DNA from: Thermoproteota archaeon
Lineage (GTDB): Archaea; Thermoproteota; Bathyarchaeia; Bathyarchaeales; JAYEKF01
Reading direction: 5' to 3'
Assembly: GCA_034660895.1 (NCBI GenBank)
Contig: JAYEKF010000009.1
Coordinates: forward strand, 1-39,152
Length of the DNA stretch: 39,152 nt
Part shown: positions 17,925 through 27,168 of the stretch, in pieces
How positions within the stretch are numbered: position 1 is the stretch's first letter
How the letters are laid out: every line of letters begins with the position of its first letter
The notes under the pieces: generated by a model
What the model saw: only the letters and a program-made list of their open reading frames with translations
Databases searched by the model: none
What the model was told of the DNA's origin: nothing
Position numbers and translations under genes: made by a program

Positions 17925-18857
17925 TTGTCTATGCGAAGAGGACTATCCATCTGGATACTAACAGCCGTAACATTCCTAGCCTTCTTGAACGCCATTTACG
18001 CACTCATAATCATTACACAAAACGGCTCCCAAACCGAAGTCATCTTCCCAATCACCGCAGACAACACGTTCGCGATACCCGTCTCCATCTATTTCTGGAC
18101 ATCCGTGTTCTCCGCATTCGCATTCCTCGGTGTCATTTCAATTGTCGCAAACCGCAAACTACCGCCTAACCCCGCCACACTGAAATTATTCGACGCTGTT
18201 GAAATTAAACTTCGGCAAAACCGACAAAAATTGGAGGGATCCATCAACGAAACCTTCGGAAAATTCGCCATGCAAACCTTCGAAATCGCCGAACGCTTCA
18301 ACCGCGTCCTCACCCAACTAAAACAAACCCGAAAAGAAATTCGAAACGTTAAGAAAGTGAGAGGAGAAACTGCAAAATTGATGAAAGACCAAATGGAAAA
18401 CCTAACGAAAATCAATGGGAAACTGGAAGAAGTGGAGCGTCAAATGGAAGCCCAAATGATACCTGAACCAATCTTAACCAGCCTATCGGACATAGAGGAA
18501 ATCAGGGGAGTCGGGGAAAAAATAGGTAAGGAACTAAAAGCTGCAGGAATAACCACAGTTTGTGAACTTCTCACCGGAGACCCACTAACAATCGCTGAAG
18601 AAACCAAAATATCAAAGAAAACAATAGAAAAAATACAGACAACCGCACATCTGTTTATGATTCCCGGACTGGACGAAAACAAGGCCATCCTGCTTCAAAA
18701 GGCGGGAATTTCCTCCATAAACGACTTTGCACATCAAGATCCGATACAACTCTGCAAGAAAACTGCAGAAGTTGCGGAAAACAACGATGAGAAACTCACA
18801 ATTGAAGAAGTTGCTTCATGGATAAAGTTTGCTCGGTCTTGCTTTTACCACCCTTAG
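17925..18857 (+). CDS. Membrane-anchored coiled-coil protein with C-terminal HhH/DUF4332-like domain
   Basis: Two N-terminal TM segments, a heptad-rich middle, then IRGVGEKIGKELKAAGI and IPGLDENKAILLQKAGI HhH repeats. Confidence 0.75.
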   Translation: MSMRRGLSIWILTAVTFLAFLNAIYALIIITQNGSQTEVIFPITADNTFAIPVSIYFWTSVFSAFAFLGVISIVANRKLPPNPATLKLFDAVEIKLRQNRQKLEGSINETFGKFAMQTFEIAERFNRVLTQLKQTRKEIRNVKKVRGETAKLMKDQMENLTKINGKLEEVERQMEAQMIPEPILTSLSDIEEIRGVGEKIGKELKAAGITTVCELLTGDPLTIAEETKISKKTIEKIQTTAHLFMIPGLDENKAILLQKAGISSINDFAHQDPIQLCKKTAEVAENNDEKLTIEEVASWIKFARSCFYHP

Positions 18858-18869
18858 CCGTGAGAACAG

Positions 18870-19073
18870 CTATTTGCGCCACAAATCCGAAACTTTCCCT
18901 GCTTTAACGAGTTTCCACCTTCCAAGCCAATCTTTCTTGTAGAAATGGTATAAGCCACATTTTGGGCACTGCAAAATTTTCCTACCCTGCTTGAAATCCA
19001 ACTCAAACAGCTCTAAAACCTCACCGCAATCAATACACTTACCCTTAAACCGTTTACCCTCCTCATGAGTCAT
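18870..19073 (-). CDS. Small Zn-finger protein
   Basis: CIDC-x17-CPKC; ATG start MTHEEGK (track start 19094). Confidence 0.7.
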   Translation of the reverse strand: MTHEEGKRFKGKCIDCGEVLELFELDFKQGRKILQCPKCGLYHFYKKDWLGRWKLVKAGKVSDLWRK

Positions 19074-19206
19074 ACCAAACACGCACCGGGCCACTCATTT
19101 AAACTAGGATTAATTATATTAATAGTTTGAAAATAAGAACAATTTGGTGGAAGCGTAATCTACACCCAAGACATCTTCGAGAAAATAAAGGCACTAATAG
19201 GATAAA

Positions 19207-20289
19207 TCATGATTTTGTATGTTTCGCCCAGATTCGGCAAGTGCCTTCATTTGAAACCATGCAGGGTCCCCTCGGCTTATCCGGTCTACAAGCTTTCATG
19301 AACAACGGGCACTCGTTCGGCTGGACTTTCCCAACAATCACTAAATGACACTTGCAACCTGGCACCAAATCTCTGCTTTCCTTTATTTTTACACCAAATT
19401 TTTTATGAGCATCGTACTTCTGAAATTTTTCTCGTAATGCCAAGGTCGAATTCGGCAATCGGCCTAGCCCTCTCCAGCCTCCCTCCACCACTTGAAAAAC
19501 CTTCTTCATAAGTTCTTGTGCACGGATGTTTCCTTTCCACCTAACCACCCGCCTATACTCATTTTCCAATTTGGCCTTTCCGTCTTTTAGTTGTTGCAAC
19601 AGCATTGAAACTGCAAACAACACATCTAACGGTTCGAAGCCCGCCACCACCGTGGGCATATGATACTTCTGTGGAAAAATTCGATATGGTTCCACGCCGA
19701 TAATTGTGGAAACATGACCTGGAGCGATCCAACCCTTGATTTGTAAACCCTCTATTTCCATCAACAACTCCATAGCAGGGGGGATCAGCCTATGCGCCAC
19801 AAGAAACGAAAGGTTCCTAGGCGGCTTGTTTAAGACCTCCACAGCTGTGGAGGGCGCTGTGGTTTCAAAACCAATTGCGAAAAACATGAACTGCCGCTTC
19901 GGTTCTCTTTTCGCCATTTGAACTGCATCGTGTACCCCATAAACCACACGGACATCTCCACCATCCGCACGTGCATCTTGCAAAGACCGTTCTGAGCCTG
20001 GAACCCTGAATAAATCTCCGTAGGTTGCCACCGTTACGCCGTTTAAGGCGAGTTGGATTGCCTCGTCGATTTCCGCCGCGGGAACCACACAAACTGGGCA
20101 GCCGGGACCCGCGATGACTTCTACGTTGTCTGGTAGAAGCGATCTTAATCCGTAGTGTGTGATTGTCCATTCATGTGTGCCACAAACATGACAAAACTTC
20201 ACTGGGAAAGGAGGCGCTAAATCTTTAATGCGTTTTGCCACACGCTTAGCTAAACGTGGGTCGCGAAATTTCAGTGTTTTATTCACCAA
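19207..20289 (-). CDS. hypD: Hydrogenase maturation protein HypD
   Basis: CGTHE, GPGCPVC, GFETT, PGHVS, GPCMVSNEGTC. Confidence 0.97.
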   Translation of the reverse strand: MVNKTLKFRDPRLAKRVAKRIKDLAPPFPVKFCHVCGTHEWTITHYGLRSLLPDNVEVIAGPGCPVCVVPAAEIDEAIQLALNGVTVATYGDLFRVPGSERSLQDARADGGDVRVVYGVHDAVQMAKREPKRQFMFFAIGFETTAPSTAVEVLNKPPRNLSFLVAHRLIPPAMELLMEIEGLQIKGWIAPGHVSTIIGVEPYRIFPQKYHMPTVVAGFEPLDVLFAVSMLLQQLKDGKAKLENEYRRVVRWKGNIRAQELMKKVFQVVEGGWRGLGRLPNSTLALREKFQKYDAHKKFGVKIKESRDLVPGCKCHLVIVGKVQPNECPLFMKACRPDKPRGPCMVSNEGTCRIWAKHTKS

Positions 20290-20337
20290 GCCGTTCCTTC
20301 TTTCCCAATGATCGTAACTGCCTTTTAATCAAACAGT

Positions 20338-20568
20338 TTACGCGTTTTCTTCGGAAAAATCAAGAATTTCATTCCACAACAGCAACGTTTCCTCTGCTTC
20401 TTTCTCATCTATCACTTGAATGGCGTAGCCTGCGTGAACCAAAACGTAGTCTCCAATCTTAGCATCCACTAACTGAACGTTTACATCCCGCAAGACTCCT
20501 TCCCCAAAATCAACCTTAGCTTGGGTTCCGTTTAGTCGAATAACTTTAGCGGGGATTGCTAAACACAT
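20338..20568 (-). CDS. hypC: Hydrogenase maturation chaperone HypC
   Basis: MCLAIPAKV N-terminus; GDYVLVHAGYAI. Confidence 0.97.
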   Translation of the reverse strand: MCLAIPAKVIRLNGTQAKVDFGEGVLRDVNVQLVDAKIGDYVLVHAGYAIQVIDEKEAEETLLLWNEILDFSEENA

Positions 20569-20579
20569 GGCGTATCACC

Positions 20580-22481
20580 TTATGGTTTTCCGAGCGCCTT
20601 TTTAATATCTTGGATGGCCGTTTTGTCTTCTATTGTGGAAACATCACCAAGCGGTTTGTTGATTATTAAAGCTTTAATTAGTCTTCTCATGATTTTTCCA
20701 CTTCTTGTTTTCGGAATCTTATCAACGAAGAAAATGTCATCTACAATTACTATGGGTCCCAAATTTTCCCTAACCACCTGTTTAAGCTCTTTTTTCAACT
20801 CGTCGCTACGTGTGCGCTGCCCCTTCAAAACCGCAAATGCACACGCTACTTCCCCTCTTAACGGGTCTGGTTTTCCAACAACCGCTGCTTCAGCTACAGA
20901 TGGGTGAGACAGCAAAGCGCTTTCGATTTCTATGGTTCCAATTCTATGAGCAGCTATTTTAATCACTTCATCTGCTCTTCCAAGGAACCATATGTATCCG
21001 TCTTCATCCCGCATAGCTGCGTCTCCAGTATAGTAGCAGCCTGGTATCCTGTTCCAGTACTCCTCAACATACCTCTCCTTGCTTCCCCAAAGACTGGGTG
21101 TCAACCCAGGAAAAGGTCTTCTACAAACGAATTTGCCTTCTACACCTACGGGAAGAGATTTTCCTTCATCATTAACGATGTCTCCGTCGACTCCAGGTAG
21201 ACAGATAGTTGCGGACCCTGGCTTTATAGGCAGCATCGAAATTCCGTAGGGGTTGCCCACCATTGGACCGCTGCTCTCCGTTTGCCACATATGGTCAATC
21301 ACAGGTATCCGATTTTCAAAAACTGTTTCTTGAAGCCATTTCCACGCAGGTGGGTTCAGCACTTCTCCGGCGCAGACAACCAGCCTTATGGAGCTTAGGT
21401 CGTGTTTTCTAGGCCATTTTTCTCCGTGTTTCATTAAAGCTCGGACGGCGGTTGGCGATGTCCAAAGTTGTGTAACCCGGTTTCTTTCAGCTGTTTCCCA
21501 CCATATGTCTGGTGTTGGGTAATCTGGCACTCCCTCATACACGATTGTGGAGCAGCCGAAGAGCAACGGGGCGTAAACCACATAGCTGTGCCCCACTATC
21601 CAGCCTATATCTGAGGTGGACCACCATACATCGGTTGGTTTCATGTCGTAAACCCATTTTCCCATGGCGTAAATGTAAACCTGATAACTTCCATGCGGTT
21701 GGACGGTGCCCTTCGGCTTCGCCGTGGTTCCAGATGTGTAAAGTATGAAGGCTAACTCGTTGGCTTCCATTGGAACTGCTTCAGCATTTATCCCTTTTCC
21801 CTCATTCAGCGCTTCTTCCCAGTAAATGTCTCTTTTCGGCGTCATAGGGGGCTCTTCTCCAGCTCTTTTCAGCACGACTACACGCTTAACTATTTTCGCT
21901 TTTTTCAGCGCTTCGTCTACAACCCTTTTTAACCTAACCACCTTGCCTTTCCTGTAGCCGACATCCGCGGTGAGAACAATTCTTGAGTGTGCATCCATTA
22001 TTCTTTCTGCTAGGGCGCCGTATCCGAAGCCTCCGAAAACAACTGAGTGTATGGCGCCTATTCTGGTGGTGGCTAACATCGCAACTATGGCTTCAGGCGT
22101 CATGGGCATGTAAATGGTGACTCTATCCCCTTTCTCCACGCCTAGCGCTTTCAATCCCGCTGCAAGCCTTTTCACTTGTAAAAACAGTTGGTTATATGTT
22201 AAAACTCTGCTGGGTTTTCCTTCCCCAGTCTCCCAAATAATTGCAGCTTTGTTTCCTTCTCCCCTATTTACGTGGTAGTCAACACAGTTGTAGGAAAGAT
22301 TTGTTTCACCGCCTTTAAACCACTGAAAAAACGGATAATTCCACTCAAACACTTTATCCCAACGTTTAAACCAGTGAAGTCCCTCAGCCGCTTCTCCCCA
22401 AAATCCTTCCGGGTCCTCTAACGCTCGATTCAACATCCACTTGAGATGTGGAGGATACTGTATTCCCTGCGGCTCCTTCAT
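20580..22481 (-). CDS. acs: AMP-forming acetyl/propionyl-CoA synthetase
   Basis: YTSGTTAKPKG, WQTE, YYTGD, GRADEVIK, PKTRSGKIMRR. Confidence 0.93.
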   Translation of the reverse strand: MKEPQGIQYPPHLKWMLNRALEDPEGFWGEAAEGLHWFKRWDKVFEWNYPFFQWFKGGETNLSYNCVDYHVNRGEGNKAAIIWETGEGKPSRVLTYNQLFLQVKRLAAGLKALGVEKGDRVTIYMPMTPEAIVAMLATTRIGAIHSVVFGGFGYGALAERIMDAHSRIVLTADVGYRKGKVVRLKRVVDEALKKAKIVKRVVVLKRAGEEPPMTPKRDIYWEEALNEGKGINAEAVPMEANELAFILYTSGTTAKPKGTVQPHGSYQVYIYAMGKWVYDMKPTDVWWSTSDIGWIVGHSYVVYAPLLFGCSTIVYEGVPDYPTPDIWWETAERNRVTQLWTSPTAVRALMKHGEKWPRKHDLSSIRLVVCAGEVLNPPAWKWLQETVFENRIPVIDHMWQTESSGPMVGNPYGISMLPIKPGSATICLPGVDGDIVNDEGKSLPVGVEGKFVCRRPFPGLTPSLWGSKERYVEEYWNRIPGCYYTGDAAMRDEDGYIWFLGRADEVIKIAAHRIGTIEIESALLSHPSVAEAAVVGKPDPLRGEVACAFAVLKGQRTRSDELKKELKQVVRENLGPIVIVDDIFFVDKIPKTRSGKIMRRLIKALIINKPLGDVSTIEDKTAIQDIKKALGKP

Positions 22482-22537
22482 TATGGACCCCCTTTTGAAT
22501 GTCCATTACAAATCACTGCTAAATAAATTTGTTACTG

Positions 22538-24820
22538 TTAGTTTATCCAAAAACCAGCGGCTGCCGCTTGTCCAAATGAGATTCCTCCGTCGCCCGGCGG
22601 GACTTGTTCATGAACTAGAAATTGTAAGCCGTTATTTTCTACTGCTCTACGGATTGTTGAGGTAATATGTTCGTTGTGGGCGACTCCTCCCGAAAATCCT
22701 ATGTTTTGAATGCCCAGCCTCTCCGCCTCTTGGACGGCTAACTCCGCCAAACTTCTTGCTAAATAAGACTGCGTAGAACACGCCAAATCCGCTATGGAAT
22801 GCTTGTTTCTCTGTTTGAAAACTTCATAAACCATGCTGGTGGTCTCAACCACATTGTTTTTCAGTACCGGCTTCAAACCAAACACGTCTTTCCCTTTTGT
22901 AGCGGTGGATTCCAACTTCATAGCCGGCTCCCCTTCATATGTTCGTTCGTAGCAGACGCCTAGTATAGCGGAAACGGCGTCTAAAACTCGACCGCAACTC
23001 GTGGTTTGGATGAAACTTTGTTTTTCAAGTTGCTTAAGAATGATTTCCGTTTCTTTCCGACCGTGTGGGAGATGGTTGCTGTTTGAGAATAACCATTCTT
23101 CTATGTTTCCCTCTTTATACAGTATTCCAGCAGCCATTCGTAGGGGATAAGTGGTGGCGAGGTCTCCGCCAACCAGAGGCTGCTTTTGAAGATGCCCTAG
23201 CCGGTTGAAGCCTTTCTTGTGGCAGTGAAGGATTTCGCCGCCCCAAGCCTCACCGTCAGAGCCGTAACCATAGCCGTCGCAGGCGATGCCGATTATCTCG
23301 TCGATATTATGTTCAACCATCAAAGCTGCGATGTGTGCGTGGTGGTGTTGAACCGGAACCACTGGACAGGCGAATTGTTTTGCTAAATCTTGTGCAAGTT
23401 TTGTGGTGGTGAATTTTGGGTGTAGGTCGCAGGCGATTATTTTTGGTTGGCTATTCGTTAATCTAATCAAATGTTCAGTGGCTTCTTTCAGAAACTGTAG
23501 AGTTTCAAGGTTTTCCACATCCCCTATGTGCTGTGAAACAAACGCTTTATCCCGTAACAGAATACATGAGGTTACGTTCAGTTCCGCTCCAACTGCTAAA
23601 ACGCATTCACGGGTGGTCTTTTTAAGGTGAATAGGAGCTGGAGCGTAGCCTCTGGACCGCCGAATCAAGCTGGAATGTTGGTTGTGAACACGGATGACGG
23701 AGTCGTCACATCGTTGGGCAATCACTCGGTTGTGAAATAAGAAGTAATCAACCACGTTTCCAAGCCTTTTCAACGCTTCATCGTTTTCTTTAACGATTGG
23801 TTGGTTTGGAGGGTTAGCGCTTGTCATAACGAAAGCGGGCTCCTTCACCCGATCAAATAGCATTACGTGTAAACCGGTGTAGGGAAGCATTACACCAACG
23901 TTATGCAAGCCGGGGGAAATCAAACCTGAAAGGTAGTAATTTTCGCTTTTCCTCAACAAGACAATAGGTCTGATGTGGGAGGTAAGCAACTCCGCCTCCT
24001 TTGGGCTGACTTCCACAAATGATTCGGCGGCTTCCAAGCTACAAGCCATTATGGCGAACGGTTTTTTGCTTCGATGTTTAACCCTGCGCAGCCGAGCTAT
24101 GGGTTTAGACAATGTAGTTGCGGAGGCAACATGAAAACCTCCGTAGCCCTTAACGGCTACAATGTAGCCTTCCTCAAGCAGCCGACCGGTTTCTCGGATA
24201 GGGTCGTCATGCTCGATCTGCTCTCCTTCTCTTGTTGTTAAGTAAACTTTTGGACCGCATTTGCTGCAAGCTACGGTTTGCGCGTGGAAACGACGGTTAA
24301 TCGGGTCTCCATATTCTTCACGGCAGAACTTACACATAGGGAAAGCCCGCATAGTAGTGTTTCCTCTATCGTAGGGGAGCCTTTCAATGGTTGTGAATCT
24401 TGGACCGCAGTTTGTACAAGTGATAAAAAAGTAGTTGTACCGCTCGTTTTCTGGGTTGCGAAGCTCCCTTAAACATTCGTCGCAGATTGCAATGTCAGGA
24501 GGAATCACTGATCCAGAAAGTTCAGCTTTCATAGAACTTTTTAATATAGTGAATTTCCGAAATTCGTTTTTGTCGTTTAAATATTTTACAAACAAATCGT
24601 GAATTTGGGAGAGAGGTGGCTTCTTTTGTTTCAAATCTGCTATAAATCGTTTGACATTTTCTCGTTTTCCTTCAACAACTATTTCTACGCCTGCATCACC
24701 CATGTTTCGAACATAACCAACCAGTTTGTTTTTCACCGCGTTTCGGTAGATAAACGGTCGGAAACCAACTCCTTGAACAACGCCGGTCACTCTAATTTCA
24801 GCGCGCACTGGTTGTTTCAA
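22538..24820 (-). CDS. hypF: Carbamoyltransferase HypF
   Basis: Acylphosphatase GVVQGVGFRPF, Zn fingers (CDEC..CTNCGPR; CKFC..CSKCGP), QHHHAH, PPGDGGISFGQ; start TTG 24820 or GTG 24808 (track start 24904). Confidence 0.96.
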   Translation of the reverse strand: MKQPVRAEIRVTGVVQGVGFRPFIYRNAVKNKLVGYVRNMGDAGVEIVVEGKRENVKRFIADLKQKKPPLSQIHDLFVKYLNDKNEFRKFTILKSSMKAELSGSVIPPDIAICDECLRELRNPENERYNYFFITCTNCGPRFTTIERLPYDRGNTTMRAFPMCKFCREEYGDPINRRFHAQTVACSKCGPKVYLTTREGEQIEHDDPIRETGRLLEEGYIVAVKGYGGFHVASATTLSKPIARLRRVKHRSKKPFAIMACSLEAAESFVEVSPKEAELLTSHIRPIVLLRKSENYYLSGLISPGLHNVGVMLPYTGLHVMLFDRVKEPAFVMTSANPPNQPIVKENDEALKRLGNVVDYFLFHNRVIAQRCDDSVIRVHNQHSSLIRRSRGYAPAPIHLKKTTRECVLAVGAELNVTSCILLRDKAFVSQHIGDVENLETLQFLKEATEHLIRLTNSQPKIIACDLHPKFTTTKLAQDLAKQFACPVVPVQHHHAHIAALMVEHNIDEIIGIACDGYGYGSDGEAWGGEILHCHKKGFNRLGHLQKQPLVGGDLATTYPLRMAAGILYKEGNIEEWLFSNSNHLPHGRKETEIILKQLEKQSFIQTTSCGRVLDAVSAILGVCYERTYEGEPAMKLESTATKGKDVFGLKPVLKNNVVETTSMVYEVFKQRNKHSIADLACSTQSYLARSLAELAVQEAERLGIQNIGFSGGVAHNEHITSTIRRAVENNGLQFLVHEQVPPGDGGISFGQAAAAGFWIN

Positions 24821-25078
24821 CCCCGTTACTTTGTGCAGTTCGGCGTAAGCGCCCCAAAATATCTTTTGGTTCAACTGTACGCAAAAGCATTCTGCAAGTT
24901 GCAACGGTCTTTTTAGTTACGTGACAATGAAAACATTTATCTTTACCGCGAGGTTCGCCGTGCTCAACTTTCTTCTTCATGTCGTCAGAATGTTCGGTGA
25001 CCAATCTATTGATCATTTTTCCACAGAACTATTAACTATTGTGTCCAGTAATATCCTTTTTAATGGAAGTGATGAAAA

Positions 25079-26293
25079 ATGGGCAGACCTCGCGGCTTCA
25101 TCATCGTTTGGTTGTTGATGTTTCTGATAACCTTCGCGGCTGCTATGGTGTCTCCGCCAATCCCGTACATTATTAAGGAATTCTTTGTTGAAGAGTGTGC
25201 AGACGAGGCTGCGATAGAAGAAGCTTCCGCTGCCGCGTTCGGTATAATTATGGCTGTAGGAGCCGCCGCTTTAATGTTAGGAAATCTCTTCGGCGGTTTT
25301 CTGGCTGACATTCTTGGTAGAAGAAAAATTGTATTTGTCTCCTTCACTGTTTTGGCATTTGGTTGCGCGGTTTTTTCGGTGGCGCCCAGCCTTTTCTGGT
25401 TGTTCCTTGCAAGTTTCATTGAAATGTTCGCCGTCGGTTTGTCCAGCCCAGCTTTCAAAGCGTTGGTGGCTGACTACAGCACAAAACGTTCACGGGGCGC
25501 CGCTTATGGCACTTTTAATTTGTCTTGGATTACCGCTCAAATTCCAGCTCCACTAATTGGCGGCGTGCTCTCACAATTTCTTAGTTTAAGGATGCCGTTT
25601 AATGTTGCAATAGACATAGCCTTGTTAGGCTTATTTTTCTCTCTTTTCGTTGTTGAACCAAGACGTGCACCAAAACTTGAAACTGAACAAGTTGATGATG
25701 CTCCGACGATGAAAACCACCATGCCACTTAAGAGGGTAATAGCGATTTTCGGGTTAACAAATCTGTTAAATGGGTTGTTGAACGGCGTTATCGGACCGTT
25801 AATGAACGTTTTTCTCGTATTTAGATTAAACGCCAACCCAAGCGAGTTTGGAATGGTTTCATCGCTTGCTTTCGGCGTTACGACAGGTCTTGTGCAGATT
25901 CCAGGCGGAAAGCTAGCAGATAAAATTGGTAGAAAACCTCTGGTGCTGTTTAGTTTTCTAGGTGCACCCCTTGTCATGGGTTTAGCTATGACTCAATCAA
26001 TTGCTCAGTTCACCCTTGTAGTTGCAGGGATATGTGCGATTGGAAACATAAGTTCACCCGCTGTAAGTGCGTGGCTGATGGACTTTCTCCCAAAATCCAA
26101 ACGTGCCAGCGCCTCAGGAATTATGGGCATGTTGAATGGAGCTGGCAGGACAACTGGTCCCGTTATAGGAACCGCCGTGTGGAACTATGCGATGCCTAAT
26201 GTTGTGTTACCATTCGGAGTGGTGACGCTTCTTTGGCTTGCTTCTTTTCCGCTGTATTTGAAACTTGCAGAGACAAAAAAGAAAATAGGGTGA
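25079..26293 (+). CDS. MFS transporter
   Basis: About 12 TM segments; motif A twice (GFLADILGRR, GKLADKIGRK). Confidence 0.93.
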   Translation: MGRPRGFIIVWLLMFLITFAAAMVSPPIPYIIKEFFVEECADEAAIEEASAAAFGIIMAVGAAALMLGNLFGGFLADILGRRKIVFVSFTVLAFGCAVFSVAPSLFWLFLASFIEMFAVGLSSPAFKALVADYSTKRSRGAAYGTFNLSWITAQIPAPLIGGVLSQFLSLRMPFNVAIDIALLGLFFSLFVVEPRRAPKLETEQVDDAPTMKTTMPLKRVIAIFGLTNLLNGLLNGVIGPLMNVFLVFRLNANPSEFGMVSSLAFGVTTGLVQIPGGKLADKIGRKPLVLFSFLGAPLVMGLAMTQSIAQFTLVVAGICAIGNISSPAVSAWLMDFLPKSKRASASGIMGMLNGAGRTTGPVIGTAVWNYAMPNVVLPFGVVTLLWLASFPLYLKLAETKKKIG

Positions 26294-26367
26294 CAGCTAC
26301 ATACAAACAAGAGTTATCATGCCTGCAGGTAACCTCCACACCTAACTGCTATCTCAAAGTTTAACAA

Positions 26368-26565
26368 CTATTCTTTCATATTCTTCGTAGAAGGTACCTG
26401 GGGATCGTCAATTTTTGTCTCTCGTAAGCGGAACTCCCACTCGCACCAATGGTCAGGCGGCTTGTCGTCCGGGGGCAAACCTTGCAGAGTACTTGATGTT
26501 TAGGTTCAACTCTTCCGCAAAGCTTTTCAAGTAGCCAAAACGAACTTTTTTTACACGGGAAGACC
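26368..26565 (-). pseudogene. 3' fragment of a DUF6125-like protein
   Basis: Minus strand reads FPCKKVRFGYLKSFAEELNLNIK, then frameshifts into CKVCPPDDKPPDHWCEWEFRL; no N-terminus. Confidence 0.6.
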
Positions 26566-26622
26566 TACAAGCACATCCTGAGCCTACTCGTAGCGCGTGA
26601 TGTTAAAATTTTGGCATAAAAA

Positions 26623-27153
26623 CTAATATTCAATTCCTTTCCGAGCTTGGTAGCCCTTGTTGAATGGATGTTTAACCTCTTTCATCTCTGTAACTAAATT
26701 AGCGGCTTCAATTATCTCCTTAGGTGCATAACGTCCAGTTAATATGAGTTCGACATGTGTCGGCTTGTTCCTTATCAATTCCAGAACTTTTTCAAGATTT
26801 ACCAGCTTCAAGTTTAGGGCTACGTTAATTTCGTCTAGGATAACTATGTCGTATTCACCGCTTTTAACCACTTCTTTAGCTAAAGCTAAAGCTTCTTCTG
26901 AAAGTTTAACATCTTTCTTATTTGGCGGTTTTTCCGTCACGAATCTGCCTCTGCCAAAAGCTTTCAGCTTGAGGTTTGGAAGCTTGTCTACTATGTAGAG
27001 TTCGCCGTAGTCGAATCCGCCTTTAACAAACTGAATTATATAAACCTTGAATCCTCTGCCTATGGCTCTTAGGGCAAGTCCAAAAGCCGCTGAAGTCTTG
27101 CCTTTTCCATTTCCAGTGTAAACTTGAACTAGTCCGTTTTCTAGCTTGGGCAT
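26623..27153 (-). CDS. cobO: ATP:cob(I)alamin adenosyltransferase (CobA/CobO/BtuR type)
   Basis: YTGNGKGKTSAAFG, ILDEI, LTGR, KHPF..G..ARKGIEY. Confidence 0.95.
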   Translation of the reverse strand: MPKLENGLVQVYTGNGKGKTSAAFGLALRAIGRGFKVYIIQFVKGGFDYGELYIVDKLPNLKLKAFGRGRFVTEKPPNKKDVKLSEEALALAKEVVKSGEYDIVILDEINVALNLKLVNLEKVLELIRNKPTHVELILTGRYAPKEIIEAANLVTEMKEVKHPFNKGYQARKGIEY

Positions 27154-27168
27154 TGACACAACACCCTT

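Noticed and set aside
24918-24935. CxxCH as a c-type heme site
   Set aside because: No signal peptide or TM segment and no cytochrome c maturation genes; retained only as a possible metal-binding peptide.
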